Shown one piece after another: positions 27,675 through 37,343 of a DNA stretch of 64,000 bases (the stretch's first letter is position 1; each line of letters starts with the position of its first letter). The notes below the pieces were generated by a model. That model was not told the DNA's origin and searched no databases. It worked only from the letters and a program-made list of their open reading frames with translations. The translations under genes and the position numbers were made by a program. Origin of the DNA: Cyclobacteriaceae bacterium (GTDB lineage Bacteria > Bacteroidota > Bacteroidia > Cytophagales > Cyclobacteriaceae); NCBI GenBank assembly GCA_965243485.1, contig CBDEVP010000001.1:5121835-5185834 (forward strand). The letters are read 5' to 3'.

Positions 27675-28454
27675 ATGAACTCATTACAGTTAAGTCAGGA
27701 GGAGAGAAAGAAGCTGAGAGCATCCTACCTCTCCGATGGATATATTTTCTTCAAAGGTTTCCTTTCCAAAGATGAGATCGGGAAAGTGACCAGGGTCACG
27801 GAGGAATTAATTGCAAATCGCATAGACCAGCTGCCTCAGCATCAGGTCTATTATGAGGAAAAAGGAAATAAGTCTACGATCAAACAAATCCAAAAACTAT
27901 TTGAGTACGATGATACCTTCGAACAAATGATGTTTCAAAGCAGGTTTTCTGAGCTGGCGGAGTTGCTTTTAGGCGAGAAAGAAGTACCCAAGAATATGCA
28001 GTACTTCAACAAGCCTCCGCGTATCGGTCAGCCAACACCTCCGCATCAGGATGGATATTATTTCATGCTGGAGCCGCAGATTGCCCTCACCATGTGGCTG
28101 GCGCTGGATTATGTTGACGAAAAGAACGGATGTGTCCGGTATGTAAAGGGTTCTCATAAACAAGGCATGAGACCTCACGGCAGAACCCAGGTGTTAGGTT
28201 TTTCACAAGGCATGCTTGATTTTGGGACCGCCAATGATAAAGAAAATGAGGTGTTCTTTAGTGCAGAACCAGGGGACTTACTTGTCCACGATGCGCTCAC
28301 AGTTCACTGGGCTGATGCAAATCAAAGTGAAACGCGAAACAGAAGATCGCTGGGTTTCATTTACTATGGCGAATCAGCCAAAGTGGATGAAGAAGCACAC
28401 CAGCAGTATCAGAAACAATTAGCCGAAGAATTGAAAGAAAAGCAAATCATCTAA
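27675..28454 (+). CDS. PhyH family Fe(II)/2-oxoglutarate dioxygenase, paralog 2
   Basis: 259 aa, cytoplasmic. HxD in PPHQDGYY, distal His in LTVHWADAN and RNRRSLGF. Divergent from the AraC gene and 13 nt upstream of a sulfatase. Confidence 0.75.
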   Translation: MNSLQLSQEERKKLRASYLSDGYIFFKGFLSKDEIGKVTRVTEELIANRIDQLPQHQVYYEEKGNKSTIKQIQKLFEYDDTFEQMMFQSRFSELAELLLGEKEVPKNMQYFNKPPRIGQPTPPHQDGYYFMLEPQIALTMWLALDYVDEKNGCVRYVKGSHKQGMRPHGRTQVLGFSQGMLDFGTANDKENEVFFSAEPGDLLVHDALTVHWADANQSETRNRRSLGFIYYGESAKVDEEAHQQYQKQLAEELKEKQII

Positions 28455-28467
28455 GACATCTATAAAA

Positions 28468-29919
28468 ATGATAAAATATATCCCTTTCCTGGTAAGCATA
28501 TATCTACTGATCAGTTGTAAGCCTCAGGTCGAGCAAAAAAGTAAGAGTCCGAATGTTGTCTTCTTTCTGGTGGATGATCTGGGATACAGCGATCTTGGAT
28601 GCTATGGCAGTGAGTTTTACGAGACACCTAATATCGATAAACTGGCTGCGGAAGGGGTCCTGTTTACCCGCAATTATTCCGCATCCACCATCTGTTCACC
28701 CACGAGGGCGAGTATATTATCCGGCAAATATCCGGGACGTCTCCACCTGACAGGGCCGATCCCCATCCTTGGTGCTGAAAGAAGAGAAAATCCTAAAATG
28801 CTGGATGCCGATTATGATATGACCATGGATCTTGAGGAATTTACCATGGCTGAGGCTTTCAAAGAGCAGGGATACACCACTGCTTTCTTAGGTAAATGGC
28901 ATGTTGCTCATGATACTCTAGGATTTCCGCAGTTCCAGGGATTTGACTACAACATTGGGGGCTGCCAGCATGGAAACCCGGGCGAATATTTTTACCCTTA
29001 CCATGGCAAGTGGAGGATGACTCCACGGCACCAATGGGTAGAATGGAATACCTTGCCTGACGGAGAACCCGGTGAATACCTCACAGATCGTCTGACCGAT
29101 GAGGCTGTGGAAATCATAAAAAACCACAGTGAAGTACCCTTCTTATTGTACATGTCGCACTATGCCGTGCACAGCCCGCTCCAGGCCAAAGAAGAGCTGA
29201 TCAAAAAATATGAGGCAAAAAGCCCAGACACAGTGAGAAATCATAGTAATGCGTCATATGCTGCTATGATTGAAAGTGTGGATGAAAGCCTGGGCAGGAT
29301 CCTGAAGACCCTCGACTCCCTGGGTCTCACAGAAAATACGCTGGTTGTATTCACTTCAGACAATGGAGGTGCTCATTTTGCTACCAACAATTATCCGTGG
29401 AGGGGACACAAGGGTAATTTTTATGAGGGTGGAATTCGCGTTCCATTAATCATGAAATTCCCGGAAAAAATCAATACAGGCTGGAAAACAGACTTAAAGG
29501 TCATTTCTATAGACTATTACCCTACCATTCTGGACCTTTGCAGTTTCCCTCAGCAACCTGACCAAATTAAGGATGGAAAGAGTTTTGCCAACCATATCCT
29601 GAAAGGTTCCACCTTCGATGAAACAGCCTTCAATAACCGTGATATCTTCTGGCATTTCCCCAACTATATCGGGGCGGTTAAGAACAACCCTACTAACCCG
29701 GTCACTGTCATTCAAAGCGGGGACTGGAAAATGCTTCAACAGCTGGAAGATTACAGTGTCGAGTTATATAATTTAAAAACGGACCCACTTGAGACTACTG
29801 AGGTAAGTAAAGAGTATCCGGAAATCGTGAAACAGCTTGAGGAGAAACTTGAGGCTCATCGAAACGAACAGTCTGTGCAGATGCCAAGACCCAATCCCAA
29901 TTATGTGAGTTCCAATTGA
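28468..29919 (+). CDS. S1 sulfatase, lipoprotein (paralog of 50205-51671)
   Basis: 483 aa with a lipoprotein signal (LLISC). FLVDDLGYSDLGCYG and ASTICSPTRASILSGKYPGRL (CxPxR). Confidence 0.9.
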   Translation: MIKYIPFLVSIYLLISCKPQVEQKSKSPNVVFFLVDDLGYSDLGCYGSEFYETPNIDKLAAEGVLFTRNYSASTICSPTRASILSGKYPGRLHLTGPIPILGAERRENPKMLDADYDMTMDLEEFTMAEAFKEQGYTTAFLGKWHVAHDTLGFPQFQGFDYNIGGCQHGNPGEYFYPYHGKWRMTPRHQWVEWNTLPDGEPGEYLTDRLTDEAVEIIKNHSEVPFLLYMSHYAVHSPLQAKEELIKKYEAKSPDTVRNHSNASYAAMIESVDESLGRILKTLDSLGLTENTLVVFTSDNGGAHFATNNYPWRGHKGNFYEGGIRVPLIMKFPEKINTGWKTDLKVISIDYYPTILDLCSFPQQPDQIKDGKSFANHILKGSTFDETAFNNRDIFWHFPNYIGAVKNNPTNPVTVIQSGDWKMLQQLEDYSVELYNLKTDPLETTEVSKEYPEIVKQLEEKLEAHRNEQSVQMPRPNPNYVSSN

Positions 29920-29961
29920 TTTGCTTAAGGCAAGGTCTTATTGACTTGGAAAGTGAAACAA

Positions 29962-30789
29962 TCATTCCTCATTTTTTAATCGCTTACAGGCTGTCACCCA
30001 ACAGTCCTCAATAAGTGTTTTCATTTTTACAGCAAGCTCCAGACGATTGCCTTCTTCTTTTAGCACACCATCTTCCACAAATGTTACCGCATAATTGGAA
30101 GATACTCTCAGCAGTTCGGGAGCAAAAATAATGTAGTCTCCAGGTGCTGCCTTTCGGAGAAAACCTATAAGAGATCTGGTCCACATTTCTTTGAAATAGG
30201 TCACATGAATATCCATTTCCGGAGCAGTAAAGTCCCGCTGCATACAACTCCCATTTCCGATCCTGCCATGCATGAATCCAATTCGATCGAATACAGGCTG
30301 AAGAAATTCAAACTTCATTTCCATCATTTGAAATTTCCCATAACGCATTTCCTGTCCGGTATACCAATGAGAGAAATCCCCGTTGAATTCAATTTCAGGG
30401 AATCTTTTGACCAGTTGTACAGTACGCCACATATCCTGGGTAATGGTAGCGCGATGTGTTTCAAGAAATATGGGAAAGCCTTCTTTAGCGGCAACATTCA
30501 AAAGGTCTCCTACCAGAAAATCAATTTCGCTATCGGATTCCATTCCTGTACCGGCATGAACGGTCATGCAATCAGCGCCCTGATTTTTAGCATGCTCTAC
30601 GAGCACCTTAATGTCACCAGGCACACGGATCTTTCCGCTATGGGTATATCTCAAACCATTGAAAGCGCAAAATGCCGGGTCTCCATTTTGTACTCCTTCA
30701 AATTCGTGAGATTTAAAAAAGGTATAGTAATCTTCTTCCCCGGGCAGTTTAATGGATGAGTAAAGCTCTAACCAGCTTTCCCTTACCAC
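29962..30789 (-). CDS. xylose-isomerase-like TIM barrel protein, paralog B
   Basis: 275 aa, alignable along its full length with 25732-26610 (FLETHRATITQDMWRTV, FNGDFSHWYTGQEMRYG, HGRIGNGSCMQRD, IIFAPELL). The ORF-track start is GTG. An ATG 14 nt upstream (30803-30801) is out of frame (MKPRLW*). Confidence 0.6.
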   Translation of the reverse strand: MVRESWLELYSSIKLPGEEDYYTFFKSHEFEGVQNGDPAFCAFNGLRYTHSGKIRVPGDIKVLVEHAKNQGADCMTVHAGTGMESDSEIDFLVGDLLNVAAKEGFPIFLETHRATITQDMWRTVQLVKRFPEIEFNGDFSHWYTGQEMRYGKFQMMEMKFEFLQPVFDRIGFMHGRIGNGSCMQRDFTAPEMDIHVTYFKEMWTRSLIGFLRKAAPGDYIIFAPELLRVSSNYAVTFVEDGVLKEEGNRLELAVKMKTLIEDCWVTACKRLKNEE

Positions 30790-30861
30790 AGCCTGGGTTT
30801 CATATTTGTTTTTGAATTACAGAACATGTGGTAGGACAATCAGGATCAAATCTTTAATTAT

Positions 30862-30900
30862 TAAAAACAAAAAACGACCCGGATCAAGCCGGGTCGTTTT
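30862..30900 (-). terminator. rho-independent terminator ending the susC/susD operon (structure is bidirectional)
   Basis: Perfect 12-bp stem aaaacgacccgg / ccgggtcgtttt (30871-30882 and 30889-30900) with a 6-nt loop. The minus strand continues TTTTTTGTTTTT. It lies 23 nt downstream of the SusD stop. Confidence 0.75.
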
Positions 30901-30922
30901 ATGTTTCTGATCATTAATCTGG

Positions 30923-32431
30923 TTACTCATAGGCCGGGTTTTGGACCAGCTTCGAATTAAGGTTCATTACATCCGTTGCGATAGGAAGTAAGTGAGCATT
31001 CGGATCATTTCCGAGTGTCGTTCTTTCAGCCACCTCTCCAAACCGCATCATGGCGATATATGATTTTCCTTCCCAGACAAACTCCTCGATGATCTCATCA
31101 AGGATGGCATCCTCAAGGGCTTCCCCTGTCAGACCGGCATACACATTGGTCACGTCATACGCTCTGTTTGCAATAAGATTTAAAAACTGAAGGGCCTCAG
31201 CAGGATCATTATCTGCGGCCTCAATCTCTGCCTTGAGCAAGATGGCATCTGCCTGACGGTAAATAATCACATCATCGGAATGAAAATATGACTGATTTGC
31301 CACATCAAATACACCTTCATATTTACCTCCCCATTCATAAACATTGCCGGAAGGCATCGCTGTAAAGCTTGACCACGAAACAGATGATCGAACATCCTGC
31401 GTTGCTGAACCAGGGAATGCATTCAGCTTATTATTAACGAAGTTGTCGTTCAAACCAACAGTCGCAGCCGGATATGCAAGTACAATAGGTATACCATTGT
31501 TGCGGAAAGCAAGATCTTCCGGGGCTATTTGATTATTTCCTAAAATGGAAAGCCGAGAGACAACTACTCCCGTCTCAGTCCGTCCAGTAGGAGTAGGATT
31601 CCCACTAGATGTCTCAAGTGATGCATCATAATAAATGCTAAAGATCACTTCTGACGATCCAGCCCCTTCATCGAATATGTTGGCAAAGTTTGTATCGAGC
31701 TTAGACGGATCCACCACGGCATCAATCGCTGACCTGGCGGTACTTAAATCGGTTGCTCCTCCATTGAGACGTTTGAATCTCCACAGATAAACTTCTGCCT
31801 TAAGAATGTTTGCTGCGGCCTTGCTCAGGAAGTTCACACCCGCAGTGGCAGGTAGTTCTTTCACTGCCTCTTCCACATCCATTACCGCCTGATTCACGAG
31901 ATCAGATGGCTCAGACTGACCAATTTCCAGATCACCCTCAGCACTGACGAAAGGTTCCACAATCAAAGGTGCCCTCCCCCATAGCTGGGCCAATTTCAAG
32001 TACGAAAAAGCACGGGCAAAATAGGCGGCACCCATCACTCTACTCCTTGTGCTTTCGTCCATATTAATGTCAGGAACATTCAGCAGTACCAGGTTTGCAT
32101 CGTTGATCAAACGATAGATCTGGACCCAATTTGCATAGTCATTGGCTGGAAACAGTTGAGATTGATCCAGAAAGCCTTCCAGATCACCGATATCGGTCGC
32201 CGTAGAATATCTCTTATATGTACCGGTCCGCATTTCTCCCCAGGCAACAAGCTTATAGTCGTATGTGGCCCTGAACTGACTATAGAGCATGGCTTCCGCA
32301 GCCAGGGCATCACTTTCAGTCTGCCAAAAACTTGAATTGGAGATCTGGTCTCTTGGAATAAGGTCCAGATCATTGGAGCATGATTGCAGCAACAGAGCTG
32401 CAATTGAAAATATCAATACATAATTTTTCAT
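30923..32431 (-). CDS. SusD/RagB family lipoprotein
   Basis: 502 aa with a lipoprotein signal (LLQSC). Sits 18 nt downstream of a SusC-like gene. Confidence 0.9.
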   Translation of the reverse strand: MKNYVLIFSIAALLLQSCSNDLDLIPRDQISNSSFWQTESDALAAEAMLYSQFRATYDYKLVAWGEMRTGTYKRYSTATDIGDLEGFLDQSQLFPANDYANWVQIYRLINDANLVLLNVPDINMDESTRSRVMGAAYFARAFSYLKLAQLWGRAPLIVEPFVSAEGDLEIGQSEPSDLVNQAVMDVEEAVKELPATAGVNFLSKAAANILKAEVYLWRFKRLNGGATDLSTARSAIDAVVDPSKLDTNFANIFDEGAGSSEVIFSIYYDASLETSSGNPTPTGRTETGVVVSRLSILGNNQIAPEDLAFRNNGIPIVLAYPAATVGLNDNFVNNKLNAFPGSATQDVRSSVSWSSFTAMPSGNVYEWGGKYEGVFDVANQSYFHSDDVIIYRQADAILLKAEIEAADNDPAEALQFLNLIANRAYDVTNVYAGLTGEALEDAILDEIIEEFVWEGKSYIAMMRFGEVAERTTLGNDPNAHLLPIATDVMNLNSKLVQNPAYE

Positions 32432-32449
32432 CGTATTATTTCTTTAAGA

Positions 32450-35400
32450 TTAAAACCCTACTTTGACGCCGAAAACAAAGCTTCTGAAGGCCGGATAATT
32501 TGATCGGTCAGAAATAGTGTATCCACCAGTCTCCGGATTGTAGCCCGGATATTCCGTGAAATAATGAATATTATTTCCAGCTACATACAGTCTGAGACTT
32601 GACAGAAATCCTCCCATGGCTTCTAAGGCAGCATTGGAGAAAGTATAGCCCAAACGCACATCCCTCAGACAAAGAAAATCCCCTTTGTAGGCGTTGATGG
32701 GACTTAACCTCATATAATTCATTCCCTGGGAAGCATCGTGAAAGGCTATTCTCGGTAATTCATCACCAGGTTTCGTCCACGCTCTTAAAACGTCTGTGGT
32801 AGGTGAAGCAAACCTGTTGCCATTTCCATTCAACCAGGCCCTGTTCTGATCCACAATCATATGACCAAGTGTAAAATCCATAAATACCGTCAAATCAAAA
32901 CCTTTGTATTTGAAAGTATTGGTGATACCTCCAAAAGCTGTAGGTACGGAGTTACCGATGACTACCTGATCATTGTTGTCTATGACTCCATCATTATTCC
33001 GATCTACCCATACTACATCTCCTTTTTGCTTTACGTAATTGTTGGCGTCTGCCCGATCATCAATATTCAATGCGAGATAATCTGCCAGCTGCTGGTCAGT
33101 GTCAATGATGTAATCCGGCAAATAACCCAACAGGTTACCTATTCTCTCTCCCTCTGCAATTCCACCAATTCCCGGGCTACCCTCTTCATTATAAATAACG
33201 AATGTTGCCCCACGGATCGATGGCCCAACCGGATTAGAAAATACGTTAGCATCTTGTAGACGATTTTTATCGAATGAACCTTCCGGCAACTTGACTACCT
33301 CATCGATCACATAGCTATAGTTCACACCAAGATTCCATTTGAAGTCTGATTTATCCAGAATACGGGCATTGACCCCGATCTCATAGCCATCATACCTTAC
33401 GCTACCCACATTCTTTAAAATGCTACTAAAGCCGGTTTCTCTTGGCAGACTTACATTGAACAGGAGATCATCGGTCTGCTTGGAGAAGACATCTAACGTC
33501 AGGAATATCTTATCCTGATCAAACAGACCTAACTCAAGTCCAAAATCTATTTGTGTGGTCTGCTCCCACTTCAGGCCTGTATTGGGAATTTCAGCAGGGT
33601 ATACAACAGAGGTGCCTGCATAAGTGAACCCAGGACTATATGTCCCCTGCCAGCCATACACATTGTTTACATTGTCATTACCGGTAACTCCCCAGCTTCC
33701 TCTAAATTTAATATTTGACAAGACATTCGAAATACCAAGATCTTTAAAGAAAGACTCCTCTGACAGTACCCAGCCCAGGCTCAAACTTGGAAATATACCA
33801 TACTGATTGTCTGATCCAAATACTGAAGAACCATCTCTCCTTATGGCACCGCTAAACAGGTATTTGAATTGATAATTGTAAACTAGCCTTCCAAACTGAC
33901 TGACCAGCCTTCGATCAAAATAATTATCGAAGGCATTGGTCACCTCAGCACCTGTAATCGTTGTAATATTATTGGCAGGTCTGTTTTGTGCAGCGACGAA
34001 AGCATTACCTCCTTGCACATACAAATTGGTATAACCCGCAGAAAGTGAAAGATTATGCGCTTCATTGAAAGACTTTTCATAGGTGAGCAGGGCCTCAAAC
34101 TGTGTTCTTGTCTGATCGATCTGCCGCATGCTGATCGGTCGGTTACCATAGAAAGTGGTGCTTTCCTTGGTCCAGGAATTGTCATAATTGTCCCGATCCA
34201 AATTATTGATGTGGTAGTTTCCATTGACGTCAAACTTCAAACCATCGATTATGTTGATCGTTCCGCCCAAAGCCACTGTGGCAGTAGTTCGTTGATCAAG
34301 ATTAGTTGACAAATCAGCCAATAACTCAGGGTTGATAGAGGCTTGCTCTCTACCCGGTGTGATAGAACCATCCGGTAGGGTCGTCTTAATGGTTCGCCCT
34401 ACATGAGGGCTCCTTCCAAAAGTCCTTGAAACTTCTGCATCCAATTGGTTAGTCTTACTCACGGAAAAATCACTGGAAGTCCTGAAACTGATCCAGTCGT
34501 TAACCTTGAAATCTACATTTACCCTGCCACTCGTTCTTACATAGTCTGATCCCACAGCCACTCCTTCCTGATCCGTATGTCCGACGCCTGCTGCATATTT
34601 GATTTTATCAGCTCCACCATTAACAGAAAGGTAGGTATTGGTAATTGGTGCGGTTCTAAATAGCACATCCTGCCAGTCGTTGTCCTGAAAGATCAGAGTT
34701 TGTCCGGGATTCAACGGATCTTCTATGCTTTGATAGCCCGCAGGTACAGGTTGTCCGCTGGGAAGAATCGTCAGAGAGTAGGAGTTTTGCGGCTCATTGG
34801 AAGTCAGGTCAAAACCAGTGCCCAGTGCACTTTGATTACCATTGAGCTGACCTGCCGAACTTCCGCCTGCCGGACGATACAATTCAATGTATTGCCTCGC
34901 GGTGAGCTTATCCAGCTTTCTTGGAAAATCCTGGAAGCCGGTACTTACATGCAGATCAAATTGGGCACTCCCCGCCGACCCCCTTTTGGTGGTGATCAAA
35001 ACAACGCCATTTGAGGCCCTGGCTCCGTAAATAGCCGTGGCTGCGGCGTCTTTTAAGACCGTCAGGGTCTCAATGTCCTGGACATTGATATCATTGATAT
35101 CCCTTTGCAGTCCATCTACAATATATAATGGATCATTAGACTGTGTGATAGAGGAACCACCTCTGATCCTGATATCTAATTGCTGGCCGGGTGAACCATT
35201 GCTTTGATTTACCCTGACGCCAGTTGTTTTTCCCTGTAGCGCTGCTGTAATTGTTTGCGTGGGTACTTCCTCTACTGTTTCTCCTGAAACAGATGAAATT
35301 GCGCTCGTCACAGTTCCTTTGGTCTGAGTACCATAACCAACCACTACAATCTCTCCCAGTGCTGTTACATCAGAAACAAGGCTGATCTCTAAAGATGACC

Positions 35401-36040
35401 TTCCATTCAGTGCGATTTCCTGAGGTTGATAACCCACAAAGGAAACGGTAAGAATGGCATCTTCCGCTACAGTAAGATTAAATTTACCCTGCAGGTCTGT
35501 GACAGCGCCTCTGGTCGTACCCTTCTCAATGATCGATGCTCCAGGCAAAGGTTCACCATTCTCGTCAGTGATTGTACCAGATACCTCCACCTGATCAATG
35601 ACGACATCGATGGCGTAATCAGTACTTTTAATTGACAATTGCTTCACGCTGATCCTGTTGTTGACCTGCTTAAAACTTACGTTGGCTTCCCGGGAAATAC
35701 TTAGCAACAGATTTTCCATCGAAGAGCCATACGATTCGGGGCTCATGCTGAGCCTGATCTTCTTATTCAATTCTGAATACTTGTAGACAAACTTGTAATC
35801 AGAATTGCTTTCAATCAGGTCAAAAGTCTCTTCCAGACTCAATTGATCAATGGTCACTGAGATTCTGGCTTCTTTCACACTCAAGATGTTTTGAGCTCCA
35901 CTTTTGGAGGCCAAAACGGAGTTAAAAATGATTGCTGAAATGACGAATAGATGTATGGATAGCTTGCCAACCATTCGAATCAGTTGTAATGTTAGTTTCA
36001 TATATTTGTAGTGATTTAAAAAGTGAACAATGGTTTTCAC
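32450..36040 (-). CDS. SusC-type TonB-dependent receptor with N-terminal STN/FecR-interacting signalling domain
   Basis: 1196 aa. N-terminal extension (ISVTIDQLSLEETFDLIESNSDYKFVY) precedes the carboxypeptidase-like domain (GTITDENGEPLPGASIIEKG) and the plug/barrel. Alternative starts at 36001 or later. Confidence 0.9.
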   Translation of the reverse strand: MKTIVHFLNHYKYMKLTLQLIRMVGKLSIHLFVISAIIFNSVLASKSGAQNILSVKEARISVTIDQLSLEETFDLIESNSDYKFVYKYSELNKKIRLSMSPESYGSSMENLLLSISREANVSFKQVNNRISVKQLSIKSTDYAIDVVIDQVEVSGTITDENGEPLPGASIIEKGTTRGAVTDLQGKFNLTVAEDAILTVSFVGYQPQEIALNGRSSLEISLVSDVTALGEIVVVGYGTQTKGTVTSAISSVSGETVEEVPTQTITAALQGKTTGVRVNQSNGSPGQQLDIRIRGGSSITQSNDPLYIVDGLQRDINDINVQDIETLTVLKDAAATAIYGARASNGVVLITTKRGSAGSAQFDLHVSTGFQDFPRKLDKLTARQYIELYRPAGGSSAGQLNGNQSALGTGFDLTSNEPQNSYSLTILPSGQPVPAGYQSIEDPLNPGQTLIFQDNDWQDVLFRTAPITNTYLSVNGGADKIKYAAGVGHTDQEGVAVGSDYVRTSGRVNVDFKVNDWISFRTSSDFSVSKTNQLDAEVSRTFGRSPHVGRTIKTTLPDGSITPGREQASINPELLADLSTNLDQRTTATVALGGTINIIDGLKFDVNGNYHINNLDRDNYDNSWTKESTTFYGNRPISMRQIDQTRTQFEALLTYEKSFNEAHNLSLSAGYTNLYVQGGNAFVAAQNRPANNITTITGAEVTNAFDNYFDRRLVSQFGRLVYNYQFKYLFSGAIRRDGSSVFGSDNQYGIFPSLSLGWVLSEESFFKDLGISNVLSNIKFRGSWGVTGNDNVNNVYGWQGTYSPGFTYAGTSVVYPAEIPNTGLKWEQTTQIDFGLELGLFDQDKIFLTLDVFSKQTDDLLFNVSLPRETGFSSILKNVGSVRYDGYEIGVNARILDKSDFKWNLGVNYSYVIDEVVKLPEGSFDKNRLQDANVFSNPVGPSIRGATFVIYNEEGSPGIGGIAEGERIGNLLGYLPDYIIDTDQQLADYLALNIDDRADANNYVKQKGDVVWVDRNNDGVIDNNDQVVIGNSVPTAFGGITNTFKYKGFDLTVFMDFTLGHMIVDQNRAWLNGNGNRFASPTTDVLRAWTKPGDELPRIAFHDASQGMNYMRLSPINAYKGDFLCLRDVRLGYTFSNAALEAMGGFLSSLRLYVAGNNIHYFTEYPGYNPETGGYTISDRSNYPAFRSFVFGVKVGF

Positions 36041-36119
36041 GATCTTACCCGGAAGGAATGTTGACGCAGACTTCCGGGTTAATTCTTTCTAAAGGTTTTT
36101 TCTCATCTATTTAGGGGTT

Positions 36120-37184
36120 TCATTTAAAAATAATTTTTACATTTTTTTGGTCGATTTTATGTTCAAACTTCATGGAGAAGCCTAAACTCGTAAGGACGTT
36201 GTGCAGATTATCATTATCGAATGTTCCAGTCAGTTCCATGCCCTTCTTACTTCCAAGATTGACCACTTCGATATCCACCCCATACCATCTTTCCAGTTCT
36301 TCAATTCCCGCATCCCACGGTGTCTTTTGAAAATAAATGACGCCATCCTTCCAGCTGATATCAGCCGGAGAGGCTTTACCTATGGGATTCAGGTGATCCT
36401 CAAAAGTGACCTTCTCATTTGGAGCTAAGATCACCGACTCAGTATCATCGCTTTTATTGCTAACGCTCACCTTACCTGAAACAAGTGTGACTTCTTCATG
36501 GTCATAATAAGCCCGCACATTAAAGGAGGTACCCAGTGCTGTAGTGATCAAATGACCCGTTTGCACAAGAAAAGGGCTTGACTTGTCTTCAATCACATCA
36601 AAAAACGCCTCACCAGAAAGCAGTATCCGTCGCTCTGCATCACTAAATACCGAAGGATATTCTAATGAACTTCCTGCATTCAGAATGACTTTCGAACCAT
36701 CAGGGAGCAAGATGGTAGATTTTTGGCCGGAGGGGTTACTTTTAATTATGGTAGTGAAACCATCTTCTGCTAATACAGAGGTGTCATCCTTATCCAGGTA
36801 AATAAACAGGCCGAAGGCCATGATCACCATAGCAGCTACCAGTATCCGGATAATAAGAGATGAATCATGTGATTCCTTTTTCTCAGCTCCTAATACGGAG
36901 GTAGCATTCAAGGGAATGGTTTTTCTGGCATCTTTCGCTTCTCCTAATGACCCTTCAATTTTATCCCACAAGGCATTTTTATGATTTCGGGCGGAGTTCG
37001 AATGGTCAATCCTCGCCATGGACATCAGAATGCCCCTGGCATCCTTTATTTTATTTCTTTTATCAGGATGGTCTTCCAGGAAATTTTTCCAGTAAATATT
37101 GGATTCCTTTGAGGGAGTCAAAACCCAATCCCTGAAATCCGGATCCATGATGAAATCCTCAGTATCGTATTTTTTGTAGTCCAA
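36120..37184 (-). CDS. FecR family anti-sigma factor
   Basis: 354 aa. Cytoplasmic N-domain, a single TM segment (IIRILVAAMVIMAFGLFIYL), then a periplasmic FecR domain plus a C-terminal DUF4974-like block (LERWYGVDIEV). Confidence 0.85.
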   Translation of the reverse strand: MDYKKYDTEDFIMDPDFRDWVLTPSKESNIYWKNFLEDHPDKRNKIKDARGILMSMARIDHSNSARNHKNALWDKIEGSLGEAKDARKTIPLNATSVLGAEKKESHDSSLIIRILVAAMVIMAFGLFIYLDKDDTSVLAEDGFTTIIKSNPSGQKSTILLPDGSKVILNAGSSLEYPSVFSDAERRILLSGEAFFDVIEDKSSPFLVQTGHLITTALGTSFNVRAYYDHEEVTLVSGKVSVSNKSDDTESVILAPNEKVTFEDHLNPIGKASPADISWKDGVIYFQKTPWDAGIEELERWYGVDIEVVNLGSKKGMELTGTFDNDNLHNVLTSLGFSMKFEHKIDQKNVKIIFK

Positions 37185-37343
37185 CTAAAAAGTTTTTTTG
37201 AATACGATAATAAGAGTGGGATGTCTCTAAAATCTCATCCGATCGATGAGAAATTTTATTAAAATTTACCAATCAAACAATAAATACCCGAGTATTTTTA
37301 AAATAAATACTCTGATTAGACTACTTTGTTGTAATTATCACAA

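Noticed and set aside
36047-36079. A 9-bp GC-rich hairpin between fecR and susC of module B, considered as a rho-independent terminator.
   Set aside because: No T-run follows it on the coding strand. It is kept only as a structural note under the finding on the fecR-susC gaps, and is not annotated as a terminator.
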